From: Nitrosopumilus sp.
GTDB taxonomy: Archaea; Thermoproteota; Nitrososphaeria; Nitrososphaerales; Nitrosopumilaceae
Direction of reading: 5' to 3'
DNA length: 64,000 nt
NCBI GenBank assembly: GCA_965205675.1
Contig: OZ242186.1
Coordinates: 768,001-832,000, forward strand
Shown here piece by piece: positions 51,456 to 61,557 of this stretch. Positions within the stretch are counted from its first letter, which is position 1. Each line of letters opens with the position of its first letter. The notes under the pieces are model-generated. The model did not search any database, was not told the DNA's origin, and worked only from the letters and a program-made list of their open reading frames with translations. The translations under genes were made by a program, and so were the position numbers.

Positions 51456-52350
51456 GGTAATTGTAACCCTACTACCACCAACTAATTTTAGATAATTATT
51501 GAGAAAAATAATCAATCTAATTGAGTTATCTAAAATAATCTGTAACAAATCAATAACACTAGAATTCTTGTGTAAAGAGTTTCAAAAAAACACAATTTAT
51601 TGTACATCGTGGGATTCCAAAAATTACTATATCATCTCAAGAGAAAAACTAAGATGTAAAGATTCTAAAACAGATTACAGGCCATTTAGTAGAATATGGC
51701 TTGATATCATAAACACTGATTTTACAAAATGACTGGCTCTAGTCAAACTGTTTGATCTTGGGATTAGTACAAGACGTGCAGCTAGACAAGCAGATGTTAG
51801 TTACTGCACTAAATGCTCTTGATTGCATTAGATATGCCATACTGTATTCATCTAGCAAAATTAGACAAGAAACTAAAAGACAAAATTGAGGCTAACAAGG
51901 TGTATTTTGGAGGAAAAAGAAAGGGAAATCGTGGTAGAGGTGCAAAAAACAAGACAATAGTATTTGGCATACTGGAAAGAAATGGCACGGTCCATGTAGA
52001 GATTGTCACTAATGTCAAAGCCAAGACACTTTTGAAAAGTACGATTAGAAAAGTCAAGAAAGAAAGCATCGGGTATACAGACAAGTGGAAAGGATATGAC
52101 TCTCTAATCTTCAATGGTTACAAGCATCTCTTAATAGACCGCAACACGATGTTTGGAAAAGATGATGTGTACATTAATGAAATAGAAGGCTTTTGGAGTT
52201 TTGCAAAAGAGAAGATGGCAGAGCATCACGGTGTCAGTCCAGGAAAATTCTTGTTGTACATCAAAGAAATGGAGATACAACAACAGAGATGGTGGATACT
52301 TTCTCATTATTGATTGATTATGTCTTGGTGGTGAATAATTGACAATCTCC
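51456..52350 (+). mobile_element. IS1595-family element with a decayed transposase
   Basis: E.NKVYFGGKRKG.RGRGA.NK, YTDKWKGY, INEIEGFWS; degenerate IRs GG..ATTGT...ACCACCAA; near-TSD TAATTTTT/TATTTTTT. Confidence 0.85.
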
Positions 52351-52373
52351 TATTTTTTAAAATCCCTATAATT

Positions 52374-52871
52374 CTACCACAGCTTGCCTTGTCTTTGCAA
52401 TTCTGTTTTTGTGTTATCTGAAATTGTATTTAGAGTACTTGAATCATAATTGGCCCCTTCAAAGCTTGTATCTTCTAATATGGCCCCTTCAAAGTTTGTA
52501 TTTCTGATATTTGCTCTACTAATATTTGCCTGACTCAAATCCACACTTCGTAAATCTGTATAAAACAAATCTGCCCCTCGTAAATCTGCCCCTCGTAAAT
52601 CTGCCCCATACAACTCAGCATCCCATAGCTTTGCATTTGATAAATTTGTATTTTGCATTTCTGCCCCTCGCATTTTAACGTAAAATAATATGGCTCCGCT
52701 CATGTCTGCCTCATTAAGATTTGTGCAACTCATATTTGCATGATGAATATCTCTATTTTTCAAATTCACTCCCTGCATGTTTGAATCTGATAAATCCCGC
52801 CCAATCAATTCCTCATACTCAAAATTGATTTTTGAAAGATTTCTTTTTCTAAACACGTCTGATTGATTCAT
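52374..52871 (-). CDS. Pentapeptide-repeat protein
   Basis: A(D/N)LXX repeats, e.g. GADLRGADLRGADL. Confidence 0.9.
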   Translation of the reverse strand: MNQSDVFRKRNLSKINFEYEELIGRDLSDSNMQGVNLKNRDIHHANMSCTNLNEADMSGAILFYVKMRGAEMQNTNLSNAKLWDAELYGADLRGADLRGADLFYTDLRSVDLSQANISRANIRNTNFEGAILEDTSFEGANYDSSTLNTISDNTKTELQRQGKLW

Positions 52872-52929
52872 TTTACATTACTCTACGATCTACTACATTT
52901 GAATTTAATTTTTAATTTTGTACTGGTAC

Positions 52930-53115
52930 TTATTTGTTGTATAGTTCTAATTCTTGTAAAATTTTACCCATGGTGTGTTTCCATCGCCTCATTTCCTCGA
53001 TATCGTGAGGTCTGCTCTCATCTAATTCTTTTTTTCTTTTGATTAATTCCTGATATCTATCTTTATTTTTTTTATTCTGCACGCGTGATTTATGTCCATT
53101 CTGAATAAATTTCAA
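52930..53115 (-). CDS. Small hypothetical protein (start uncertain)
   Basis: Charged helical ORF in an intergenic slot. Confidence 0.55.
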   Translation of the reverse strand: MKFIQNGHKSRVQNKKNKDRYQELIKRKKELDESRPHDIEEMRRWKHTMGKILQELELYNK

Positions 53116-53222
53116 TAGCAGCTATCGTATTTGGCTTGAAAATCCCCTCTAACTGATGCCCTAGGGCAAATTGTACCTTTTTTGAGAATCGTATATTTAT
53201 GCCTGTTTTAACATTTCTAAAC

Positions 53223-55091
53223 ATGCGTATATTGCAACTGCATTGTGATCACATTGAATATACTCCTATAAAAAAAGAAATAAAATCTGCTGAAGATATT
53301 GAAAATCCCCAAACCCAAAGATTAGAAGAACTTGTAGTGGCATTTGTTGCAATTGAAGACGATGATGACTCGTCAGTGGCACAAAATGCAATATCTCAAA
53401 TAAAAACATCCATGGAAAAAATCAAATGCAAAAAATTATTGTTATATCCTTATGCTCATCTTAGCTCAAATCTTGCAAAACCTTCTACAGCTATGATATT
53501 GCTAAAAGAAATGGAAGATGGTGCATCTGAACTTAAAGTATCTCATTCACCATTTGGTTGGACTAAATCATATAAAATTCAAGTCAAGGGACATCCTCTC
53601 GCAGAAAGTTCTAAAGTTGTTACAAAGGATTCTGCAAGTACAAAACCTGATGAAGAAATTACCTCTGATGCTCTAAAAGACGAATCTAAAATTCGTTCAT
53701 TTTGGAAGATACTTTCCCCGGATGGAACAATGACTGCCATTGGAGATTTTGATTTCTCAAAACACAAAAAACTAGAAATTTTAGCAAAATATGAATCTGC
53801 CAAAAGTCGTAAAGTAGACCAGCCTCCTCCTCATGTCGCATTGATGAGAAAAATGGGCATCTCTGACTATGAACCTGCATCAGATTCTGGAAATATACGA
53901 TTTTATCCTAATGGACGCTTGATCAAATCCTTGATTGAGCAATATGTTACTAATCGAGTTAAAAAATATGGCGGATATGAAGTTGAAACTCCAATCATGT
54001 ATGATTCTGAACACCCTAGTATGGTTAGTTACTTTAATCGATTCCCTGCAAGACAATACAATATTGACTCTGAAGGCAAAAAGCTCTTTTTGAGATTTGC
54101 TGCATGCTTTGGCCAATTCCTTATGGCCAACCAATATCAGCTATCCTACAAGAATCTGCCCTACAAACTCTACGAGTTAACTCGCTATAGCTTTAGACGT
54201 GAACAATCTGGAGAACTAGTTGGTTTAAGAAGATTAAGAGCATTTACCATGCCTGACTGTCATGCCTTTTGTAAAGACATGCCTCAAGCAGTTGATGAGC
54301 TCAAGACTCGATTTGATCTCTCCCAAAGTGTTCTCAGAGAATTGGGAATCAATGAGACCGATTATGATATGGCAATTAGATTTACTGAGGATTTTTACAA
54401 TGAGAATAAATCATCCATTGAGGAATTAGTCAAAAAGCATGCTAGGCCTGTATTAGTTGAAATGTGGAAAGAGAAATTTTTCTATTTTGTCCTAAAATGG
54501 GAATTTAATTTTGTTGATGCGCTTGGAAAAGCTTCTGCTTTGTCAACTGATCAAATTGATGTAGAAAATGGAAATAGATATGGAATTGATTTTGTTGATG
54601 AAAACAACACAAAACAAAATCCGATAATTTTACATAATTCCCCCAGTGGTGCCATTGAAAGAATCATCTATGCTTTATTGGAAAAAGCAGCTAAAGATTC
54701 CTATGAGGGACGAAAACCCCAATTTCCTCTTTGGTTGTCTCCAACTCAGGTAAGAATTATTCCCCTAACTGAAGAATTTAACAAATTTACAGAAACTCTG
54801 ACTGATAAAATTTCAGCAAGGGATATTCGTGTTGATATTGATGATAGAAATGAAAGTGTTCGAAAAAGAATTCGTGAAGCTGAAAAAGAATGGATTCGAT
54901 ATATCCTAGTTATTGGTGAAAAAGAGGCAAACTCACAAAATCTTAGCGTTCGTGACCGACAGACAGGAAATGTGCGAGAATTATCTTTTGATGCTTTTAT
55001 TGCTGAAATCAGCAAGCAAACTAAAGGAAAACCTATCTCTGGTTTGAATTTACCAAAATATCTTTCAAAGAGACCAAACTTGATGGTGTGA
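53223..55091 (+). CDS. thrS: Threonine--tRNA ligase, archaeal type with N-terminal editing domain
   Basis: MRILQLH, YPYAHLS, PFGW, LRFAACFG, FRREQSGE, HNSPSGAIER. Confidence 0.97.
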   Translation: MRILQLHCDHIEYTPIKKEIKSAEDIENPQTQRLEELVVAFVAIEDDDDSSVAQNAISQIKTSMEKIKCKKLLLYPYAHLSSNLAKPSTAMILLKEMEDGASELKVSHSPFGWTKSYKIQVKGHPLAESSKVVTKDSASTKPDEEITSDALKDESKIRSFWKILSPDGTMTAIGDFDFSKHKKLEILAKYESAKSRKVDQPPPHVALMRKMGISDYEPASDSGNIRFYPNGRLIKSLIEQYVTNRVKKYGGYEVETPIMYDSEHPSMVSYFNRFPARQYNIDSEGKKLFLRFAACFGQFLMANQYQLSYKNLPYKLYELTRYSFRREQSGELVGLRRLRAFTMPDCHAFCKDMPQAVDELKTRFDLSQSVLRELGINETDYDMAIRFTEDFYNENKSSIEELVKKHARPVLVEMWKEKFFYFVLKWEFNFVDALGKASALSTDQIDVENGNRYGIDFVDENNTKQNPIILHNSPSGAIERIIYALLEKAAKDSYEGRKPQFPLWLSPTQVRIIPLTEEFNKFTETLTDKISARDIRVDIDDRNESVRKRIREAEKEWIRYILVIGEKEANSQNLSVRDRQTGNVRELSFDAFIAEISKQTKGKPISGLNLPKYLSKRPNLMV

Positions 55092-55094
55092 GAA

Positions 55095-55970
55095 ATGAGT
55101 TTCCTTGATTTATACATGAATAACAATCCTTTGATCACTGCCTCTGATGATGATTCAGAGCCTGTTGCAACCATATTTGGAGTTCCTTTTGATGCTACCC
55201 ATTCTTACAAGCCTGGTTGTAGATTCGGACCTGATGCTATTCGTGATTCTTTTAACAATATTGAGATTTTTCATCCTGAACTTGGCATTGATTTAGAAAC
55301 TGTCAACATTGAAGATCTGGGCAATACCCGTCACACTGTAGTTGCATCTGAGATGATTGATATGGTAAAAAAAATTATAACCGAACTCATTTCAAAACAA
55401 AGACAATTGTTCATTTTGGGTGGGGAACATTCTATCACATATGGTACGTATACTAGTTTTCCAAAAGAAACTGGATATGTTGTTTTTGATGCCCATTATG
55501 ATTTACGTGATGAATTTGCCGACATAAAGTTTAGTCATGCATCTTACTTGAGACGAATTGTTGAGGAAAGAGGTGCTGAAAATATCTTACATGTTGGGGC
55601 AAGAGCCTTTGTTAAAGAAGAGCTAGAGTTTCTTACAGAAAATAAAATTAAAACAATTACTGATAAACAAATTCGTGATGGTGAGGGGCATGGTCTTCTC
55701 AAAGATCATGTGTCTACTTTTGATACTGTTTATTCTAGTTTTGATCTTGATGTTTTAGATCCTGCTTTTGCCCCCGGTGTTGGCAATCCAGAAGCTGTGG
55801 GAATAACTTCTAGAGAGTTATTTGATATGATTAACACTTTTCAAGAAACCAAAATCACTGGAGTTGACATTGTGGAGCTGAATCCTTATCATGATAATGG
55901 TTCTACAGCCTCGTTGGCTGCAAAAATAATTTCTACTTTAATTGCAATGAATTTATCTAAAAATAACTAA
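55095..55970 (+). CDS. speB: Agmatinase
   Basis: GGEHSIT, DAHYD, DLDVLDPAFAPGVGNPE. Confidence 0.93.
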   Translation: MSFLDLYMNNNPLITASDDDSEPVATIFGVPFDATHSYKPGCRFGPDAIRDSFNNIEIFHPELGIDLETVNIEDLGNTRHTVVASEMIDMVKKIITELISKQRQLFILGGEHSITYGTYTSFPKETGYVVFDAHYDLRDEFADIKFSHASYLRRIVEERGAENILHVGARAFVKEELEFLTENKIKTITDKQIRDGEGHGLLKDHVSTFDTVYSSFDLDVLDPAFAPGVGNPEAVGITSRELFDMINTFQETKITGVDIVELNPYHDNGSTASLAAKIISTLIAMNLSKNN

Positions 55971-55974
55971 TATC

Positions 55975-57380
55975 GTAACTGTCTAGAGTTTTGAAGTACT
56001 TTCTTTAATATTTTTTATCTATATCTTTTCTGATCAGTGACAAATTACAATATACAATTGTCAGTATATGATGAGCTGGAATATTATCGTAACAGATGTC
56101 ACTCGCTGGAGCAAGAAAACCGTCAGTTACACAGAGAAATTGCAGAACTAAAACAAACAGTGTCTACACTTGTTGCAAGAAATATCAAAGCAAAACCAAA
56201 CAAGACTGAAACTGCAAAAAAGAAGAAAACATCAAGACATCCTAGAAAAAGCAGAAGCAGACGGGCACACATTGATGATGCCATTACAGTTGACCAAAAA
56301 GAGTGCAACACATGTGGCAAATCACTCTCAGAACCAACTGATTCATACACCAGAATAGTAGAAGACATCATTCCTGCAAAAGCAGTTGTGACAAAATATA
56401 CGATAGTTAGACGATACTGCACAAACTGCAAAAAACAAATCTCGGGTAACATTCACACTGTACTGTCAAATGAAAGGTTTGGAATTAGGCTCATGGTGCT
56501 AATCACATCACTAAAAACTATCGGATTATCGTATGGTAAAATATCTCATCTTTTGCAGATGCTCTTCTCACTGCACATTACAGAATCTGCAATTAATCAT
56601 GCAGTATCAATAGTATCAAAAGCATTTGGGAGCAGATATGATACAATGATTGTGGAGTTAAAAGAAGATCTAAACATACATGGTGATGAGACAAGTTGGA
56701 GGGTAGATGGCCAGAACCACTGGTTGTGGGCATTTGTGAGTAAATGGACTGTAATTTACGAGATTGACAAATCACGTTCAATGGATGTTCCCAAGAGAAT
56801 TCTCAAGGGATATGATGGCAACATTACAAGTGATTCGTACCCTGCATGGAACCATGTTGGAACAACTCACCAGAAATGTCACATCCATTATCTCAGAGAG
56901 GTTAATGATACCATTAATCACAAGAATCCCGGACCAGAATTTGCACCATTTGCCAAGAATCTCAAGAAAATAATTTATGACTCTCATGGTGTGGCAAAAA
57001 TAAAATCAGAATCAGAAAGAATCCATGCAAAAAAGAATCTTGAAAGGAGAGTTAATCACATCATATCAAAAAAATACACAGAGAAAAACTGTATCAGGTT
57101 TGTAAAAAGATTGAAACGTGAGAGAAAAATGCTTTTTACATTCCTAATTACTGGAACTGATTCACACAATAACACAGCAGAGAGGGCAATCAGACCAAAT
57201 GTGATAATTCGTAAAATTACAAACGGTCATAGAACCATTCATGGTGCTGATTCTCATAAGATACTGATGAGTATAAAGGAGACATGCAGATTACGAGGAT
57301 TAAACTTTCATGATTATTCTTTAGAATATCTTGGAGATTTTACTTCAAAACAAGAGTTTGTTGTGATTCTAGACAGTTAC
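55975..57380 (+). mobile_element. IS66-family element, copy 2
   Basis: 8-bp TSD CTAATATC (55967-55974, 57381-57388); the right TIR carries a 16-nt insertion. Confidence 0.94.
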
Positions 57381-57575
57381 CTAATATCTTCAAAATATTT
57401 TATTTCCGTATCTGTTAATCTGTTAATCTGTTCTGGCATAGTTTTCATACTTGTACTAGTGATGCTATCTGATTCTAAGGATTTTGCTTGGATTCTGGGA
57501 TCTTTGGGTTATTTTACCTTGATTTTATTCCTATTCACTTTATTAGATAGTATTTTGGGGGGTATCTCATGTTAA
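56037..57575 (+). CDS. IS66 transposase; stop codon lost, ORF reads through the element end
   Basis: Matches copy 1 up to DFTSK; the insertion at 57352-57367 shifts the TAG out of frame. Confidence 0.87.
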   Translation: MTNYNIQLSVYDELEYYRNRCHSLEQENRQLHREIAELKQTVSTLVARNIKAKPNKTETAKKKKTSRHPRKSRSRRAHIDDAITVDQKECNTCGKSLSEPTDSYTRIVEDIIPAKAVVTKYTIVRRYCTNCKKQISGNIHTVLSNERFGIRLMVLITSLKTIGLSYGKISHLLQMLFSLHITESAINHAVSIVSKAFGSRYDTMIVELKEDLNIHGDETSWRVDGQNHWLWAFVSKWTVIYEIDKSRSMDVPKRILKGYDGNITSDSYPAWNHVGTTHQKCHIHYLREVNDTINHKNPGPEFAPFAKNLKKIIYDSHGVAKIKSESERIHAKKNLERRVNHIISKKYTEKNCIRFVKRLKRERKMLFTFLITGTDSHNNTAERAIRPNVIIRKITNGHRTIHGADSHKILMSIKETCRLRGLNFHDYSLEYLGDFTSKQEFVVILDSYLISSKYFISVSVNLLICSGIVFILVLVMLSDSKDFAWILGSLGYFTLILFLFTLLDSILGGISC

Positions 57576-58141
57576 ACAAACTACGAGATACTCTAAAACC
57601 GACTTTGGAGAAAGTTGGTAAAGGATTTGCATCCACAGGACTGTCTGCAAATTTCTGGACTTTTGTTGGATTGGGATTTGCACTATCCTCTGCTGTAGTT
57701 TATGGAATGGGAGTTGAATTTGGGTTAATCCTTGGTGGCATCTTATTACTTGTTTCAGGATTCTTTGACATGGTTGATGGCCAGGTTGCAAGAGTTACTG
57801 GAAAGACTTCCAAAAAAGGCGAATATCTTGATTCAATGTTTGATAAAATTGCAGAAGTTGCAATATTTTTAGGAATCCTTGTTGGGGGGTATGCTGAATC
57901 ATATATTGTATTACTTGCAATTACACTGTCTTTGTTGGTAAGTTATGCTAGATCAAAATCTGATATTATTAACATAAAACTTCAAGGAATTGGAATTGGT
58001 GAACGAGCTGAAAGACTTTTGGTCATTGCAATTATTGGAATTGTTGGTTTTATGGATTATGCTGTTATTATTGTAGTAATTATTGCTAGTATTACTCTTA
58101 TACAAAGAATGATTTACACTGTAAAAAACATTAAAGAATAG
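57569..58141 (+). CDS. pgsA: CDP-alcohol phosphatidyltransferase (archaetidylinositol-phosphate synthase-like)
   Basis: DMVDGQVAR...GEYLDSMFD, ERAERL. Confidence 0.9.
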   Translation: MLNKLRDTLKPTLEKVGKGFASTGLSANFWTFVGLGFALSSAVVYGMGVEFGLILGGILLLVSGFFDMVDGQVARVTGKTSKKGEYLDSMFDKIAEVAIFLGILVGGYAESYIVLLAITLSLLVSYARSKSDIINIKLQGIGIGERAERLLVIAIIGIVGFMDYAVIIVVIIASITLIQRMIYTVKNIKE

Positions 58142-58143
58142 TA

Positions 58144-58431
58144 TTAACGAAGTTTTCCGCGTTTTCTTCTATTGTCAGCGGATCTGATTTTTAGAATCTT
58201 GAAATGTATTGCACATGAAATACAGTAATGTTTCAAAACTGTTGGTGATGCAATATATGCTCCTTGTGCACGTAGTTCTTTTGCTAATGTGTGTTCTACC
58301 AGATTTAATCTGGATGTGACCTTTTTTGCCTTGTCTTTTGGCACTGTTTGTCCACAGTTTGTACATTGTACAACTCCTGAGGATCCTTTTCCTCCCTTAG
58401 TACGACCTCTACTTGCACGTTTAAGTGGCAT
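58144..58431 (-). CDS. rps26e: 30S ribosomal protein S26e
   Basis: MPLKRASRGR, CTNCG..VPKDKA, YCISCAIH. Confidence 0.95.
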   Translation of the reverse strand: MPLKRASRGRTKGGKGSSGVVQCTNCGQTVPKDKAKKVTSRLNLVEHTLAKELRAQGAYIASPTVLKHYCISCAIHFKILKIRSADNRRKRGKLR

Positions 58432-58694
58432 GAACATGAGCACATTTGCTTACTTATATTCTTGTAGAATTTTCATAAAATTTTATTATTTTGTGCCTAA
58501 ATCGTCGATAAAAAACATGCATGTTTTAATCTTAGATCGACGAAATACAATTGATACATCATGCGTGGTCTCTGTCATACTTGCTTTCGTTCTGGAGTTA
58601 AAGTGGTTGTAATACATGGGGATATCATTTGTCAGGACTGCATAAACCAAGAAAATGCAAAAAACTAAATCATGACTGGGCAAACCCAAATAAA

Positions 58695-59564
58695 ATGAAG
58701 TTATCTATTTTCTCTCACTGTGCAATTGATACCATAACTGTTGGTGGAAATAATTATGAACAAATTGGAGGATCTGCGTGTTATTCTAGTATTACTGCCA
58801 AACAATTCAAATTTGATGTAGATGTGTTTACAAAGTTTGGTCCTGATTTTCCAAAACAATATCTCAATGAGCATAAAATCAACCTTGTAAATCCTGAATC
58901 ACAAAAAAATACCACAAAATTTGATATTTCTATTAATGGTTCAGACCGGACTCTGAAACTTAAAAATGAGTGTGAAGAAATTGACTATTCTCAAAGTAAT
59001 GCTGATGGTCATATTGTTAGTCCAATTTATCATGAAATATCTGATAATACTTTTAAAAAAATCAAAAATGACTCAAATTTTCTTTTTGTTGATCCTCAGG
59101 GATTCTTGAGACAAAAGGATTCTCAAAATAATATTTTTTTAAAAAATGCTGAAATTGATCTGTCAAATGTCAATGCAATCAAAGTGAATCCTGAAGAATC
59201 TAGAAAAATAGTTGATGGCACTTTTGATGAAATGATGCTTGCGTTGCAGAAGAAAGGTATCAAATATGTGCTGTTGACTGATAAAACCAATGTCTCTTTA
59301 CTAGTTAAAGATAAAATTTATTCCATAGTTTTACCGAATCAACAAATTTATGATACCACTGGCATTGGCGATATTTTTTGCTCTACATTTACTTGTACTA
59401 TGCTCAAAGAAAAAGATTTTTTGTGGGCACTTTGTTTTGCAGGAGGTGCTGCCCAAGCTGCACTAGAATCCAGAAATGTGGGACTGCAAAAAATCCCTAA
59501 AAAAGGAACAATTCAAACAAATGCCTCTTATTTTTACAATTTGGTAAAATTCAGAGATTTGTGA
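58695..59564 (+). CDS. PfkB-family carbohydrate kinase
   Basis: IGGS, VDPQG, DTTGIGDIF; start at ATG 58695. Confidence 0.87.
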   Translation: MKLSIFSHCAIDTITVGGNNYEQIGGSACYSSITAKQFKFDVDVFTKFGPDFPKQYLNEHKINLVNPESQKNTTKFDISINGSDRTLKLKNECEEIDYSQSNADGHIVSPIYHEISDNTFKKIKNDSNFLFVDPQGFLRQKDSQNNIFLKNAEIDLSNVNAIKVNPEESRKIVDGTFDEMMLALQKKGIKYVLLTDKTNVSLLVKDKIYSIVLPNQQIYDTTGIGDIFCSTFTCTMLKEKDFLWALCFAGGAAQAALESRNVGLQKIPKKGTIQTNASYFYNLVKFRDL

Positions 59565-59967
59565 TGCATTATTTTCTGTGTGCCAAATTGCCTGATTCTT
59601 TTAGGCCTATGGAGATTTGCCCAATATTTTTTTAGATTCTGATTTAACAAAGAGTTTTACAAGTATTGCAATCCTCCAACAAACTCCTATTTGTTTATGT
59701 TCAGAATTTATTATCAGTTGAAAATCTGTCTAGTTCTGATCACTAAAATTTTTGGATATATTTAGCAGAAATCTCTTGATTTTTCCTAAAAGTCGGCAAA
59801 AAATCATAATTCTTGGCAGTATGTGCATTCTGTACGAATTGATACCTTGCCAACCGCACCTCTCTTTTTATCAACTTTGCCAAAATCCACACTAATTTCT
59901 GTTGCACTGGGTTATTTTTGATTCTTTGTTAGAATATATGTCGAATTTACAGAGTAAAAAGTAAATT

Positions 59968-61278
59968 ATGATAGAAACTGAATTAGGTACTTTACGTCGA
60001 TCTCATTATTCTAATGAAATCAACTCTTCTATGGATGGGAAAACAGTCACTGTAATGGGTTGGGTCTTGACAATTAGAGGTCATGGAAATATCAGTTTTG
60101 GAACAATTAGAGACAAAAATGGTGATCTCTCAATTATTGCAAAAAAAAATGATTGTTCTGATGAAATCCGTGAGAAAATATCTTCACTTAAAGCACATTC
60201 TTCTATTGCAGTTACTGGCACTGTAAAATCTTCTGAAAAAGCACCTAGTGGATTTGAAATAATACCTCAAGAATTAAGAGTATTCTCAGAGGTTGAGAAA
60301 ATCCCGCCCTTTGAGCCTACTGTTAAAACTGTAAAAAATATTGATACCCGACTTGAGGTAAGACCTATTGATTTAAGACGTAATGTCTTACAACATATCT
60401 TCAAAACTCGAAGTTTAGTTTTAAAATCTATTAGAGACTATTTTGGAAATCAGGATTTTGTTGAAATCAACACTCCTAAAATGATTGCAACAGCTACAGA
60501 AGGTGGCGCAGCATTATTTCCAATATTTTACTATAACAAAGAAGCATTCTTAGCTCAGAGTCCGCAATTGTACAAGGAACAACTCACAATGAGTTTTGAA
60601 AAAATATTTGAGATTGCACCTATTTTTAGAGCAGAATCATCTAGAACAAATAGACATTTAGCTGAGGCAGTATCTATTGATCTAGAAGAAGCATTTGTAG
60701 ATTACAATGATGTAATGAATAGAATTGAAGAAATCATCAAAATTTCAATTCAAACTGTTCATGATTATGTAAAAGAGAACCCTTCCTCAGAATTCCCTGC
60801 TTTGATCATCCCTGAACATATTCCACGATACACTTATGATGAATTAGTTGAGAAGATGCAAAAAGCTGGAGCAAACACTGAATGGGGTGATGATTTGTAT
60901 CCTTCAAATTTGAAAAAAATCGGCTTGGATGGATTTTATTTTATTATTAATTGGCCTATGGCGCCAAAACCATTCTACGTTAAAGGTAGCAAATCCAATC
61001 CAAAAATCTCCGAATCCTTTGATTTAATGTATGGTGATCTAGAATTATCTTCAGGAAGTACTAGAATTGAAAAAAGAGATGAGTTATCTCAAAGAATGAA
61101 AAATAAAGGGCTCAAAACTGATGCTTTTGAATATCACCTGAATGCTTTTGATTACGGTGTTCCGCCTCACGCTGGATGTGGAATTGGTTTAGAGCGATTA
61201 ATTATGGTTCTTACAGGTACAGAAAACATCCGTGATACGACGTTTTATCCACGAGATGTGGATAGGTTAACTCCATAG
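59968..61278 (+). CDS. aspS: Aspartate--tRNA ligase (probably non-discriminating)
   Basis: TEGGA, LAQSPQLYK, FRAE, PPHAGCGIGLER; upstream of gatCAB. Confidence 0.96.
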   Translation: MIETELGTLRRSHYSNEINSSMDGKTVTVMGWVLTIRGHGNISFGTIRDKNGDLSIIAKKNDCSDEIREKISSLKAHSSIAVTGTVKSSEKAPSGFEIIPQELRVFSEVEKIPPFEPTVKTVKNIDTRLEVRPIDLRRNVLQHIFKTRSLVLKSIRDYFGNQDFVEINTPKMIATATEGGAALFPIFYYNKEAFLAQSPQLYKEQLTMSFEKIFEIAPIFRAESSRTNRHLAEAVSIDLEEAFVDYNDVMNRIEEIIKISIQTVHDYVKENPSSEFPALIIPEHIPRYTYDELVEKMQKAGANTEWGDDLYPSNLKKIGLDGFYFIINWPMAPKPFYVKGSKSNPKISESFDLMYGDLELSSGSTRIEKRDELSQRMKNKGLKTDAFEYHLNAFDYGVPPHAGCGIGLERLIMVLTGTENIRDTTFYPRDVDRLTP

Positions 61279-61287
61279 GTGCATTGA

Positions 61288-61557
61288 ATGGTATCTGAAG
61301 AAGAAATAGCACATGTTGCAAAATTAATGAGAATTGATGTTGATGATCATCAAGAGTATCTAGATAAAGTTCATACTATGATTAATTATTTTGATCTTTT
61401 AGATTCTGCAGGGGTCGAATCTGAAGAAATTTCAATGCCTGAAATCTCTATTTCTAATTTACGTGAAGATAAACATATTCCCTTTGATGACAAACTAATT
61501 GAGAAACTTAATCACTATAAAGGAACATACGTTCGTGCACCAAAGATGTCTTCATGA
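61288..61557 (+). CDS. gatC: Asp/Glu-tRNA amidotransferase subunit C
   Basis: HVAKL.RI, LRED, APK; gene position. Confidence 0.85.
   Translation: MVSEEEIAHVAKLMRIDVDDHQEYLDKVHTMINYFDLLDSAGVESEEISMPEISISNLREDKHIPFDDKLIEKLNHYKGTYVRAPKMSS

Noticed and set aside
42911-57380. Composite transposon bounded by the two IS66 copies and carrying thrS/speB
   Set aside because: Copy 2 has its own 8-bp TSD and the outer flanks do not match.
57352-57575. Membrane-anchored IS66 transposase
   Set aside because: The hydrophobic tail is read-through into T-rich flanking DNA after loss of the stop codon.
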